Part shown: piece by piece, positions 55,501 to 63,998 of the stretch
How positions within the stretch are numbered: the first letter of the stretch is position 1
How the letters are laid out: each line of letters begins with the position of its first letter
From: a virus
Lineage: Duplodnaviria > Caudoviricetes
IMG/VR virus record: IMGVR_UViG_3300032277_002183
Span: 147 to 64,146 of that record
DNA length: 64,000 nucleotides
Direction: 5' to 3' (one strand)
The notes under the pieces: generated by a model
What the model saw: the letters and a program-made list of their open reading frames with translations, nothing else
What the model was told of the DNA's origin: nothing
Database searches by the model: none
Program-made: the position numbers and the translations under genes

Positions 55501-58151
55501 TCTTGTCGCTTTGTATGTATACGCTCATCTGGCATTATTCCAAATTGTTTACTGCCTCCAGTGGTGCCATCTCCTCGAGATGGAGGGGATTGGCCTTGGG
55601 CATCGCTATATCCTATGTATTCAGGGTTTGATGAATTTGGTTCTATAAAGTCATAATCGAACAACAAGAGGTCAGAGAAAAAGCTGAAGGCTGTCGAAAA
55701 GTGATTAACTTGATCTGCGACATAGAGATTATTATCATCATCAAGTGTTATTGCGACACCAAATCCGTCAGTAAACTTTTCCCCCTGATTAAAGTCTGCT
55801 AGATAATGACTTCTGACCCTAGATGAAGACTGTGCATTATAAGGATATTTCCATATGTTACTATCTACTTCTTCCTTGTAAATTTTTGTGTCAAATATGT
55901 CTACGTTCACCCTTCCTGTTCCAAATCTTACTTTCCCAAACGCAAAACCTTGACTATCCGCGATATATATATTAGATAAGTTACCATATTTTTTCTGCGC
56001 ATAAAGTTTATGCCAGTATATATCATCTATACCAACATCCTGATCCATCCCCGGCAATTTGCTAATGTGATCATTCTGTGTATCCGCAGTAACAACTAAG
56101 CCGTCGTCTCCAACAAAAACGCATCCCTTATTTAATATCCCCGTTAGAATCCTGTAAGCATGGAAGAACCGAAACTGAGCGTCTCTTGATTTTACTTCAT
56201 CTGAGGTAGTAGAAGAAGTGTCAGGAATGTCAGGATCTTCAAAATCATCCATACCGTTACCATAGTTGTAAAAATCTACATCATCTCCATCTGTAGAAAC
56301 AACTGGTTCGCTCGTAGGTGTTTCAAAAGTTTCATCTTCACCATATGTAATTCCTGTGGGATCATCTGGAGCAGGTTTAGCTGGATCATCAGTCTCTTCT
56401 GAAGTCGTGGCGCAAAGTTCCGATATTGTAATACGCAGTTCTTTCATCTGAAGCGGGCCAGAGCCATGTCGCTGCTCAAGAAATTCGTCTTCATAATCAT
56501 TGCGAACTTTCCGGGCATCAATTGAAGATCCTAGTTCTGGATCTACATAATCGTGAATAAAAAAGTCCTTTGCGAAAAACGTCATATCTGCTAAAGCCCG
56601 AAGGTCATTTGCTGGCTGAGATATTGCTTTGACACCATTTGAATTAATATCTATTGCGTGACCCAATCTAAAGTTAGAGTCTTTAACCTCAAGCTCACCA
56701 GTACTGCTTGAATGACGCCTGTCAATGAATAGCTCTTTAAAAGACATATTAGCAGTCAAAACTTCAGCATTGGAAACCTTTTCACCTACAACATTTATGC
56801 CAACATCACTATGAGAATATGCCCAATTAGAGGTGGGATTCTCATTATCTACAGACTTTAATAGTGTCCAATTAATCTTATCAACACCCCTAGAGTCTGT
56901 TATAACTAGCCTGTTTGTAAGATTTGGCTCAGAATATAACTCATAAGAACTACCTGATTTTTTAACATAATGGAGCCCATTTAGTTCATGTATTGATTCT
57001 GTATCTGCGGCAGGACCACCGGCATATGCAGCGGATTCTAAAGCGGAAGTTATTTTTATTAGATCGCCGTTTTGTAATTCTGTGGTGTCTAGGGTAACTG
57101 TGTCATCTGATACACTAATAGAAGAAACATTTCCGCTCCTACGAACAAAATGATCTACTCTTCCAGCTCCCTTATTAACTAACTTAGTGGTCATAAAATT
57201 CATGCCCGCGCCCAAGCCTGAGATTTCATCCACAAAAATTTTAACATTTGTTCTTTTACCACTTGGGCTTGTCTCAACGTATTCTATTACTTTGGTCTCA
57301 GTGTAATCAAGGTTTTTATGATCATCGAGAGCAACTGCAATACCGAAATAGGCGTTGCCCGGTGGGAGTGGATTCTGAAACCGTGTATTTCCAAAAACAG
57401 TAATGGCCTCGTTCTGTATATCCGCCGGTACTTTTCCAGTTTCTCCACTGGGTCCAGTCGCAGTACATTGGAGCACGCCACCTCTGACATAACGGGGATT
57501 GAGACCTTTTTCTAATATAGTATTTGCAAAAGCCTCCTGCATCTCTATGAGGCCCATAGTGTTAACGTCCACTCCATTGACTTCAGATCCCATTGTCGAG
57601 CGGGTAATCTTTACACCATCATTTCTCGTAATTTGGAACACAAATTTTAATTCTCTCGGATCACAAATCGCGCCCGGAATGGTCACGGCCTGACCAAAGT
57701 AGTCATGTCCCTGATTCGCAGTTATAGTCTCAAAATGAATTTCAGATTCACCAGCTATGGTATGTACAGGAAAAAAGAGGTTGCCATAGTGAGTTTTATC
57801 ATTAGGCATATCATCGTGATATGAAAGAATTGGATCTCTTACTGTTCTTATTCTATGAAGACTTTTAATGTCTTGAGTATATCCAAGTACTGTACTATCA
57901 AAATCTGGCAGTGATGCGATAGCCACATCGCCGGAAATTTCTATATTATCATACTCTGGAAAATCATCAGAATTAAGCTCGAAAGGTGTTTTTTCAAATG
58001 CACGCACACGATCCAACTCTAGCGAGGATGTTTTATCCTGCCAGTTGGTAAAGTCTTTTATATTCTCAGGCGACTTCATAAATAAATCAAGAGTGGAAGA
58101 ATCTCCATTCTTAATTGCAAGCGACATCGCATCTGTTTTCTTCTTTGCCAT
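49599..58151 (-). CDS. 2850-aa giant tail/receptor-binding protein with FG-GAP-like propeller segments and beta-repeat stalks
   Basis: YFGIAVAL, RLGHAIDI, GFGVAITL, GFGAKF...AVSAP...GAVYIY, FGYGLDL, RFGSSV; two blocks of ~15-20-aa L-x-[IV]-x-G repeats. Confidence 0.7.
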   Translation of the reverse strand: MAKKKTDAMSLAIKNGDSSTLDLFMKSPENIKDFTNWQDKTSSLELDRVRAFEKTPFELNSDDFPEYDNIEISGDVAIASLPDFDSTVLGYTQDIKSLHRIRTVRDPILSYHDDMPNDKTHYGNLFFPVHTIAGESEIHFETITANQGHDYFGQAVTIPGAICDPRELKFVFQITRNDGVKITRSTMGSEVNGVDVNTMGLIEMQEAFANTILEKGLNPRYVRGGVLQCTATGPSGETGKVPADIQNEAITVFGNTRFQNPLPPGNAYFGIAVALDDHKNLDYTETKVIEYVETSPSGKRTNVKIFVDEISGLGAGMNFMTTKLVNKGAGRVDHFVRRSGNVSSISVSDDTVTLDTTELQNGDLIKITSALESAAYAGGPAADTESIHELNGLHYVKKSGSSYELYSEPNLTNRLVITDSRGVDKINWTLLKSVDNENPTSNWAYSHSDVGINVVGEKVSNAEVLTANMSFKELFIDRRHSSSTGELEVKDSNFRLGHAIDINSNGVKAISQPANDLRALADMTFFAKDFFIHDYVDPELGSSIDARKVRNDYEDEFLEQRHGSGPLQMKELRITISELCATTSEETDDPAKPAPDDPTGITYGEDETFETPTSEPVVSTDGDDVDFYNYGNGMDDFEDPDIPDTSSTTSDEVKSRDAQFRFFHAYRILTGILNKGCVFVGDDGLVVTADTQNDHISKLPGMDQDVGIDDIYWHKLYAQKKYGNLSNIYIADSQGFAFGKVRFGTGRVNVDIFDTKIYKEEVDSNIWKYPYNAQSSSRVRSHYLADFNQGEKFTDGFGVAITLDDDNNLYVADQVNHFSTAFSFFSDLLLFDYDFIEPNSSNPEYIGYSDAQGQSPPSRGDGTTGGSKQFGIMPDERIHTKRQENVILQEFADRHTRPYNEIVNVDTFSLHIKKILDTDPTDKDEDALVARSMQAIPYKIVPRFEIFYSKFDSPPGSLFLTVPIAVPEKANEYVRPTFRDYDVPTIKADSGKLMINDGNNIKVISFTNTSEFGMKTSRYIVTDGFNGFLEDQYKTTKKALKDPRIYPHGADLWGGHQYLYRKSGALGWSINSSTSVYSGDEYDPNTSALFKLSPFFGGLAQGKHLYKNPAYRTREGFVLGNESEYDCLKFLVYLEYKTSNSYGRRSNLQEIQVPTALDGSTPLRGFNGDPVRFEDKNFLRFNGSKIIVRHENFTTYYVPNAVSEFRAKDGILAYLDTSPIDEFGDHALVAKRLVLYDLSGDRPEFIQRITAAIPGYGSPNAEATFNLNESTTEGGGILDFCGFDIAGGKIFASIKNERYPAGNFESRRLPNDRAYAIFSDTGRTPLPRAVPLGRFTEPLFPFFSFVEDFSQDTAYNLNNVYEYIKNEGTFNNAATIDINNSHRTPVIFYSMRNFSKKGQVLTIPIDISFDVTVDYNSTLLGNLEGDAVGAVGIADGPRVLPTIGLYNRDPRLTIRQAGQVSGSDLVYGQESSDLAPLYFGGVQNWQDMAFLSPSYRFVGGRYIGTVSLSPTNYLGESVLNERNYFMDHKLLSSEDNRTFRHNDGTGKALTDTVDDFGVRIPTNYQLEFDDVNKETYSRSFHKSGKVLAISLLSWNDEWRARPRRFGNSSPYDDGVQAYKKAYNNVDHNEDNPHSFINYATVIANVTYQEYDLGRIRRFACDGNWYLLDQPDPDAIDNALFNAPELVIDDPVELRFDKKIPGTLDLVRAGVGNVDPHLNESVGVLLGTESSSIQVISPQLAFDLPKPEFLSLMVNSIPIESGNRDLFTRGHIAESGNVDLHISGVRLAYNFAPLHLGEVVDDNRLDLVMSDVIGFECDGLALSMIPPTGTHREATIPLTFIGGTGVNEGLNLSINPTYTSGSFDFYVQGGLSSGNIDVAFSGVHGISNSMPCVEGQLFVGGMTGNGTGAMPLHINRFDASGDMPLFMEPGNASGLMPLTINTEPISSTGTLFFRGHENATTDTSLFIGRQVDAKDADLFVSGPITFEGDPITLHASGAVIPSANSIANNYSHSCELLRTENRFDFSNNSETVIPETKSNSISRNKHVPISNFRYGYYAPSKVGETLTNYRNDAINTFYDRELSRDAIGSNDNYLAIATNVSALSNIKALQVFEYSDEDSLSLKFEYDKIYEDLAELDLLEVGDSSMLVRYKSVAISQNNRIAISARISTPNGLRDMVGILQPATLTRTRYGTPTYDLCAIEPSFTVPVTVEDIDGWVMTDAILGDFIDQDSTVLKSNNYLGNTIQWDGEDLYYDEQSINFGSVCKLELSDGYYTENKVFSFKTLSDGVRYKENRFNLADGIKVGFGAKFKIDGDYAAVSAPLLDPYVVNTDLSVIHGNAPEGAVYIYKYDGSSWSHIESLYAGGYVSSNISGTTSCGYNYKLFGYGLDLNAESGYVAVSEPGTNTIYKFAIHENDTASLIANYTDSTSSRFGSSVNICSNSILTNDIQFIKDPVYDYSFEFTPTENVAEVAQYNSESARTISVSSQFTFVKIVRPFGVPKLLAGRTFKVRFAGRPELTIEKISILDIRHNSGNLFISAPILSSGDQDLLYHRPFESGTNTMGLQFASIGVNSGIPLHVHVPNPASGDFPLHLRQAEKFETTLFLGATFTDTTLASTLNIAGPSTTTFESDAFVAGTEFSTNDRNLYVFGGEAAQRGADMFVQQKDAVSLSEAIPLAVYLGAPTGVGPQGGAQFATTTLSVEGGIYAPSDKLSTLVVKTDSFGIASGIAPLAISVDSATGVFDSAADISISGAGTSTTVGARRDNANNDLVIAATAPNSGVATLVVYRKGIGGGEELDANANLIVYNLTESSNVDLAVSGANITVADMNIAISGVVGLGTGVMPTFVRGYQD

Positions 58152-58160
58152 TTTTTTTCC

Positions 58161-61100
58161 TTAGTCTGATCGCTGATTTAATTTTCTGGTGAACTCTTCT
58201 AGTGCAAGATCAATTTTATCTCCAGCCTGTGAAACAACCGAGTCACCAATGACTTTAACAATATTATTAATTGCTTCCTGTGAGAAACCCGGAATATTCA
58301 AGGTTCCATCAACTTGTATTGTATGTGATATTGAAAGATCCGAGAACATAACAGCAATATTACTTAGCATTCCTGCTAGACTATCAAAGACAGAAAGAGA
58401 TTTTGCAACCGCATCCATCATGCCTGAACCCATACCAGACATCATACCACCATTTTGCCTATATTGCACTCCCCCAACAGATCCACCTTTAGCAAATCCG
58501 GGAATTTTACCTCTGTTAACAGAATTCATAAATCCAGTGCCATGTTTCTTAACAGCAGAAGGACTCATCACAAACTCACCCGGCGTCAACATAGCAGGAA
58601 CAGAATCCACAGAACCACCTCTAGCAAACCCTGCAACGGGTTGGCCACCAAAGAACTGATTCATTCTAAAATATCCTTGTCTGTGAGAATTTGCTACAGC
58701 TTGATGTTGTGACTGGAGTAGCATTTTTCTGAATTTTGACGGCAAAAAGAAAGACGAAATCTGCACTTCTTCATTCATCTGCTTTAGCATTTCAAATGGT
58801 TTTTCTACAAGACCCTGCAAATGCGCTGGAAGCATCCCTTTGGAACCATCAGCAAAACCGGACCCAAAATTGGAGATACCAACAGGAAGAGGATTGCCGT
58901 TCGTATCGAAGAGACTGCCGCCAACTATAGAAAGTTTGCCCTCTCTCATTCGCTTCACAGCATAATCACGGGGAACAGTAGGTATGCGAGAAGTTATCCC
59001 AAACAAAGCTTGTTGCTTCATTAAGAAATCACTTCCGGGGCGAGTAGCTCGCATGTCGAACCGCCTCTTCATCACTTGTAGATCTACACGTCTTCCAAGC
59101 GAAGTGTTTTCAATTACGGACCCATCTTGTCCGGCGGGTGCAGGGGCGGCCCCGCTAGGTCTTCCTATAACTCTAGCGTCTCTAAAATCAAGAGTTTTAG
59201 CTAACAGTGTATCCATAGCTTCATTGACGTACATATTTCTAAATGTTGGATAGAATTTGTCCACGGCTCCGGCACCAAATGCTCCCTCAAATACACTCCT
59301 TTCTAGACCACCTGCTCCCCCTCCCACACGCGTATCGAGTGGCTCACCTAAGAATGTGCTACCATAAATCAAGTTATCTTTCATAATCTTGGAAACAGTT
59401 TTAGGATCAAGCCTATCCAACAGTCCTAGTATTCCACCCCCTGATTGTGGATCTAAAGAGTTTTTGGCGAAGGATAGCCCCATCAAACCAAGCATGCCTC
59501 CAATATCAGCGGGAAATGTATTGAACATACCTGTACCCATCAGCATTTCGGCTGTTCTTTTTTTACCTAGTGCTGCTGCCCAACTTAGGTCACCCTTTCT
59601 TCTAGGCTTGAGGAGCTTGACTCCCGGTAACATAGGTACGTTCTGCTCAATCAAAGAATCAAGCCATGTACCAAGATCCTCTATCCCCGTATATGGAGCA
59701 TTAGCCATAGCATAATCTAAATTCTTATAGAATTGTTCTGCCCTCCAATCAGGATCATTTACGCTCTGTCTCCCCTGCCTATCAAGTGCGTTTCTAGCTC
59801 CGGCAGACGTCCTATTAGCCATAGGATCACCAGTACCTGTTCTAGGTCTCTCTGGGCCAGTGGACCCGTTTTGTCTATAGACAACACTAGTGTTACCGTT
59901 GTTTATAGAGGAAAGTGTTGAGGTTCCTATCTTATCGACAGCGCTTTTTCTTATAACAAATTCGCCCGGAGTTAGCATTGCTGGAACCGTATCAGTTCCT
60001 CTTGGCTGGAATACAGATCCGCCACTTGCAAACCCACGAATCAGTCCCCCTCTTGCGTTTCTGGCGGGTTGCAGATTTTCGAGAGCAGTGACCGCACCTT
60101 TAAGTTCAGTTACCATTGTGCTTAAATTTTCATTACTCTTCTTGGCCAATTGTCTAATTTCTTCTTGTTTAGCTATTTCTCTTTCTCTGATTAGAGCCTG
60201 CGCGTCTTGCTCTCTCTGACTTATGGCCTGAAGTTCAGCAATGAGCTGATCTTCTTTGTTTGTTCTCTCAAAGATAGCCTTAACCAATTCAGGAGGCGCG
60301 CCCTGTCTTCCGCCTGTCATTCTCCTAAAGTTCGTGTCTAGCTGTCTGACTTGCAGCTGCTTTTTAATCATCTCTCCGGTCATACCGGGAATAAGTTCAA
60401 CGTCTTTGAATTGATCCAGTAAGTTTGCAACAGCGCCCCGCATCTTATCTGGAATAGCTTCTACATTTCCAGTCATCAGAACTCTTTGAAGTGCCATGAA
60501 CGATTGATCAATTTGTCTTCGCCCATCATTAGTAGCAAAGGTGTAGTTCTCAATAGACTTCTGCATGGCATTACGTTTAGACTTTTCTTTATCTATTTCA
60601 GTCATAACTGCGGCGGCGAGATCTGCCTGATTCGCTAATAATTTCAGCGCCTGCTCAGCATTTGCCATTTCTTGATTGAGTAGCTTTTGTTTGTTTATCT
60701 GCTCTTGTTCTCCTCCTAAATCGCCCTTCGCCGCCTTACGACGGGCTTTCCGTACAGCGTCCGCCATCGCTTCTTCTAACATAGCAAAATGATCCCTTGC
60801 TCCAAAGTCAATATCGTCACCCCCCATGCCTACTTTCGCATTCCTTCCTTCAAAAAATGCGCCTCCGGGATTAAACCCGCGAAAAGCTCCTGCGGGAGCC
60901 ATAGGAATATTTTGACCAAGTGCAGCCATAACTGCTAATCCTTGCTCTGCTATAGCATCCTCAATTGATAAGTCTATATCCATAGCATCTCTAAGTCGCG
61001 CATTGCCTCTTTTTATAACATCAACCATATCCATGTTTGCTTGACGGATAGTCTGAGCTTGTTTTCTAACCGCATCTCCAAACATTGCGATTGAATTAAC

Positions 61101-63998
61101 TTGCGCTTGTTGAGTTTTAGCTAATTTTCCTGCGGCATCTATAACTTCATCAACATTATGGCCGAGTATATCCATAAGCTCAGAAATATCTGAAGCTTCA
61201 AATCCATCTTCAAATAAGTTCTTTAGAGCCTCTTTCGCTTCTGCTGTAAGACTGGACGCATCAACACCGAGCATGGCTACAGCCTCTTTCATTCTTTCAA
61301 AAGGCTCTAGATCCATCAGTTCGCCGGGATCTCCTATGATACCCTCAAAATTAGTTCGCATTGCCTCATTTTCTCTGAGCCTTCCAGCTGTAGCTCCAAA
61401 CCCCATATCTGTTAAAGCAGATGCTCCTTCGACATTGAAACCATCTTTAAGTGTTGCTATAAGATCGCCAGATGTTACTTTTACATTTTGAATAGCTCCA
61501 GTAATCTGACCAAGGGCGGCTTTTGCTGCATCAGCAGCATGACCAAATTGAATGAATTGTACATTTACTTCCTGCAAAGCTTTGGCTCTAGCTCTTTCAG
61601 CTTGCGCGAGCTGGACTTCTAATATGGCTAACTTTCGTGCGGATTCAGCTCTTTTCTCTGCGGCATGCAACATCTCTTGGTCAGCATTTCTTCGAGCTTC
61701 CACAGTCTCTCTCGTTGCTTTTCTTGCAGCCTTTGCAGCTGCGTCTGCTTCCATGCCCGAAGCAATGGCTTCAGCAAAAAAGCCTCTATATAGTGTTGAC
61801 TGTAGCAATTGTAGCTGTTTTTCGTATTCTGTTGAAACGTCTGCAAAGCCTTTGCCTTCTTCCATCGCGGTCTGTACCAGAGTTTGCAAATTGCTTCTAA
61901 TAGTATCGGCCACCTGAAAAGCCACTTTGCCTTGCTCTGCAGTAACGTCGTTTAATTGCTGAAGCGCATGTTGATACTGTTCATTAGTATATACGCCAGT
62001 AGCGAGCCCATTCTCAAGCTCATCGTATGCGGCTCTAGCGCTTTTGGCAGCATTAGCATTAGAAATAAATTGCTCAGCAATTCTAGTTTGTTCTTTAATT
62101 AAAGCGTCGCCTTCTAGACCTTTTTCTGCAAGTATTCGAGTTTCCCTACTGAACTCGCCTATTGTTTTTGCTGCGGCTACAGTTGCGGTTGCTAATGCTT
62201 GAATCGTCTTACGAGTTGGTTCAGATTCGTTTCTTAATTTTTGCAGTTCTTCTGCAATCGCCATTTCCTGCTGACGCATACGATCCATTGCACCTTGAGC
62301 CGAACCGGCTCCAGTTCCAGCCCCCATAGCAGAAGTGAAGCCCGTAGCATTATCTCTGGCCTGATCACGCAGCTGCTGATCATTAATATTAAACGCACCC
62401 AACAAATTTTGCTGTTGCTCTCTCCTATCATCAAGAGCATTAATACCGCCCTCTCTTATCCTCATGATAAATTCGCTAAAGCTTTTTGCCATCTTCTTAC
62501 GTTCCTGCTCAAGCTGAGCAGTGTAAGCCATGTGCGCCCCAACAGCCAGACCAATTGCACCACCAAGAATACCAAGAGCTGCAGGAGCGGCAGCAGCAGC
62601 TTTTTCCAACGCAGTATTAATAGATTTTCCCGTTGTATTCGCGTTAGTAGCAATAGTATTGGTTACAATAGAAGCAAAAAAGCCGCCAAGAGCTGATCCA
62701 GTCTGAGCACCTATCATAGCCATGATACCGCCGAGCATTACAAACTGCTGAACAAGCTGTTTAGTTTCATCAGCAAGATTTGTAAACTCAATAACCATAG
62801 GAGCCATAAACGCAGTCATCATTGCAGCATTTCCTACCGCCTGCAATCTACCGCCCTGATTCATACCAACAGGGCCGCCCTTATTAAACTTGGCAACACC
62901 AGTTTTGTTCATACTATTCAAATTAGAATAACCAATTGCCTGTGCAGAAGATTTGTTTATTACATACTCACCGGGAGTTAACATGGCGGGAACACTGTCC
63001 ACCGAACCACCTTTGTTGTACTGCGCGAGTTGAACCATTCCTTGTCTAAGCGCAGATCTACCTGATCTGGCTATGTAGTTGTATAGTTTTTTAGGTATAC
63101 CCTCTTGAGAAGCTGCTTGGTCTTTGCTTCTTTTGACTTCTGCTACCTGAGCATTAGATATCTGGGAATTAAACATTTTCTTAAGACGTTTTCTATTTCC
63201 TGCCATAGCGCTACGACCCAAATCAAATGATGCTCCACCACCAGTAGTCATGGCACCAGTTAACGCTCCTATAACGCCCTCATATAAAAAACCTTGAAAG
63301 GTTCGTGCCGCTGTATCGTCTGCCGCAGAAGTAGCCTTGGCTTTTTCTAAGTTATTTTCGTCCACATTAAGAGCAGGAGGAAGATCTAGCTGTCCACTGA
63401 TTTTGGCAATTGCCGATTGAACCCCGTCACTTATTGCACTCCTTGAAACCTGATCCATTATTGTGCCAAATTCACTACTTTTAAGCATTCCAAGTTGAGG
63501 TGAAGATACTTTATAAGGCGTAGATGGAGGAAGTACGCTAAAATTATACATATGCGCCCTTGCTTGTTTTTCATCTCCTCCGAAATACTTATCAGCAATT
63601 AGCTTTCTTTCTTTTCCGGGTAGAACTATACCCCGCAATTTATCGGCTCTTTCGATACCATATGGTTTTGTAGGATTATATTGGCCGTCGTAACCCATAG
63701 GGTTCATACTTACCGCAGCTACTGTGTTAGGCATAGCCCTAAAGCCTAACGTCCCCGTAGGAGACATCCCAGCCAAAGCCCCTAGTTTACCTCTATTAAA
63801 GCCAGCAACTTTAGGCTGTTTTCCTCCAACAGTATACCCGTTCATCGCCGCTAATCTTTGAGCGCCAATACTGTTCACAGAAGATTTTTTAATGACAAAC
63901 TCACCGGGTGTAAGCATGGCAGGAACTGTATCTCTATTACCTTGACCCGGAACAAAACCACCTTTATTGAATCCATGAATCTGACCGCCCTGATTTTT
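58161..63998 (-). CDS. tape-measure-like protein (>1945 aa; 5' end lies beyond the window)
   Basis: Frame stays open to the window edge (KNQGGQIHGFNKGG...). Long Ala/Gln/Glu helical core, hydrophobic TM-like segments and four F-x-x-GG...D[ST]VPAMLTPGE[FY]V modules. Confidence 0.85.
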   Translation of the reverse strand, partial: KNQGGQIHGFNKGGFVPGQGNRDTVPAMLTPGEFVIKKSSVNSIGAQRLAAMNGYTVGGKQPKVAGFNRGKLGALAGMSPTGTLGFRAMPNTVAAVSMNPMGYDGQYNPTKPYGIERADKLRGIVLPGKERKLIADKYFGGDEKQARAHMYNFSVLPPSTPYKVSSPQLGMLKSSEFGTIMDQVSRSAISDGVQSAIAKISGQLDLPPALNVDENNLEKAKATSAADDTAARTFQGFLYEGVIGALTGAMTTGGGASFDLGRSAMAGNRKRLKKMFNSQISNAQVAEVKRSKDQAASQEGIPKKLYNYIARSGRSALRQGMVQLAQYNKGGSVDSVPAMLTPGEYVINKSSAQAIGYSNLNSMNKTGVAKFNKGGPVGMNQGGRLQAVGNAAMMTAFMAPMVIEFTNLADETKQLVQQFVMLGGIMAMIGAQTGSALGGFFASIVTNTIATNANTTGKSINTALEKAAAAAPAALGILGGAIGLAVGAHMAYTAQLEQERKKMAKSFSEFIMRIREGGINALDDRREQQQNLLGAFNINDQQLRDQARDNATGFTSAMGAGTGAGSAQGAMDRMRQQEMAIAEELQKLRNESEPTRKTIQALATATVAAAKTIGEFSRETRILAEKGLEGDALIKEQTRIAEQFISNANAAKSARAAYDELENGLATGVYTNEQYQHALQQLNDVTAEQGKVAFQVADTIRSNLQTLVQTAMEEGKGFADVSTEYEKQLQLLQSTLYRGFFAEAIASGMEADAAAKAARKATRETVEARRNADQEMLHAAEKRAESARKLAILEVQLAQAERARAKALQEVNVQFIQFGHAADAAKAALGQITGAIQNVKVTSGDLIATLKDGFNVEGASALTDMGFGATAGRLRENEAMRTNFEGIIGDPGELMDLEPFERMKEAVAMLGVDASSLTAEAKEALKNLFEDGFEASDISELMDILGHNVDEVIDAAGKLAKTQQAQVNSIAMFGDAVRKQAQTIRQANMDMVDVIKRGNARLRDAMDIDLSIEDAIAEQGLAVMAALGQNIPMAPAGAFRGFNPGGAFFEGRNAKVGMGGDDIDFGARDHFAMLEEAMADAVRKARRKAAKGDLGGEQEQINKQKLLNQEMANAEQALKLLANQADLAAAVMTEIDKEKSKRNAMQKSIENYTFATNDGRRQIDQSFMALQRVLMTGNVEAIPDKMRGAVANLLDQFKDVELIPGMTGEMIKKQLQVRQLDTNFRRMTGGRQGAPPELVKAIFERTNKEDQLIAELQAISQREQDAQALIREREIAKQEEIRQLAKKSNENLSTMVTELKGAVTALENLQPARNARGGLIRGFASGGSVFQPRGTDTVPAMLTPGEFVIRKSAVDKIGTSTLSSINNGNTSVVYRQNGSTGPERPRTGTGDPMANRTSAGARNALDRQGRQSVNDPDWRAEQFYKNLDYAMANAPYTGIEDLGTWLDSLIEQNVPMLPGVKLLKPRRKGDLSWAAALGKKRTAEMLMGTGMFNTFPADIGGMLGLMGLSFAKNSLDPQSGGGILGLLDRLDPKTVSKIMKDNLIYGSTFLGEPLDTRVGGGAGGLERSVFEGAFGAGAVDKFYPTFRNMYVNEAMDTLLAKTLDFRDARVIGRPSGAAPAPAGQDGSVIENTSLGRRVDLQVMKRRFDMRATRPGSDFLMKQQALFGITSRIPTVPRDYAVKRMREGKLSIVGGSLFDTNGNPLPVGISNFGSGFADGSKGMLPAHLQGLVEKPFEMLKQMNEEVQISSFFLPSKFRKMLLQSQHQAVANSHRQGYFRMNQFFGGQPVAGFARGGSVDSVPAMLTPGEFVMSPSAVKKHGTGFMNSVNRGKIPGFAKGGSVGGVQYRQNGGMMSGMGSGMMDAVAKSLSVFDSLAGMLSNIAVMFSDLSISHTIQVDGTLNIPGFSQEAINNIVKVIGDSVVSQAGDKIDLALEEFTRKLNQRSD

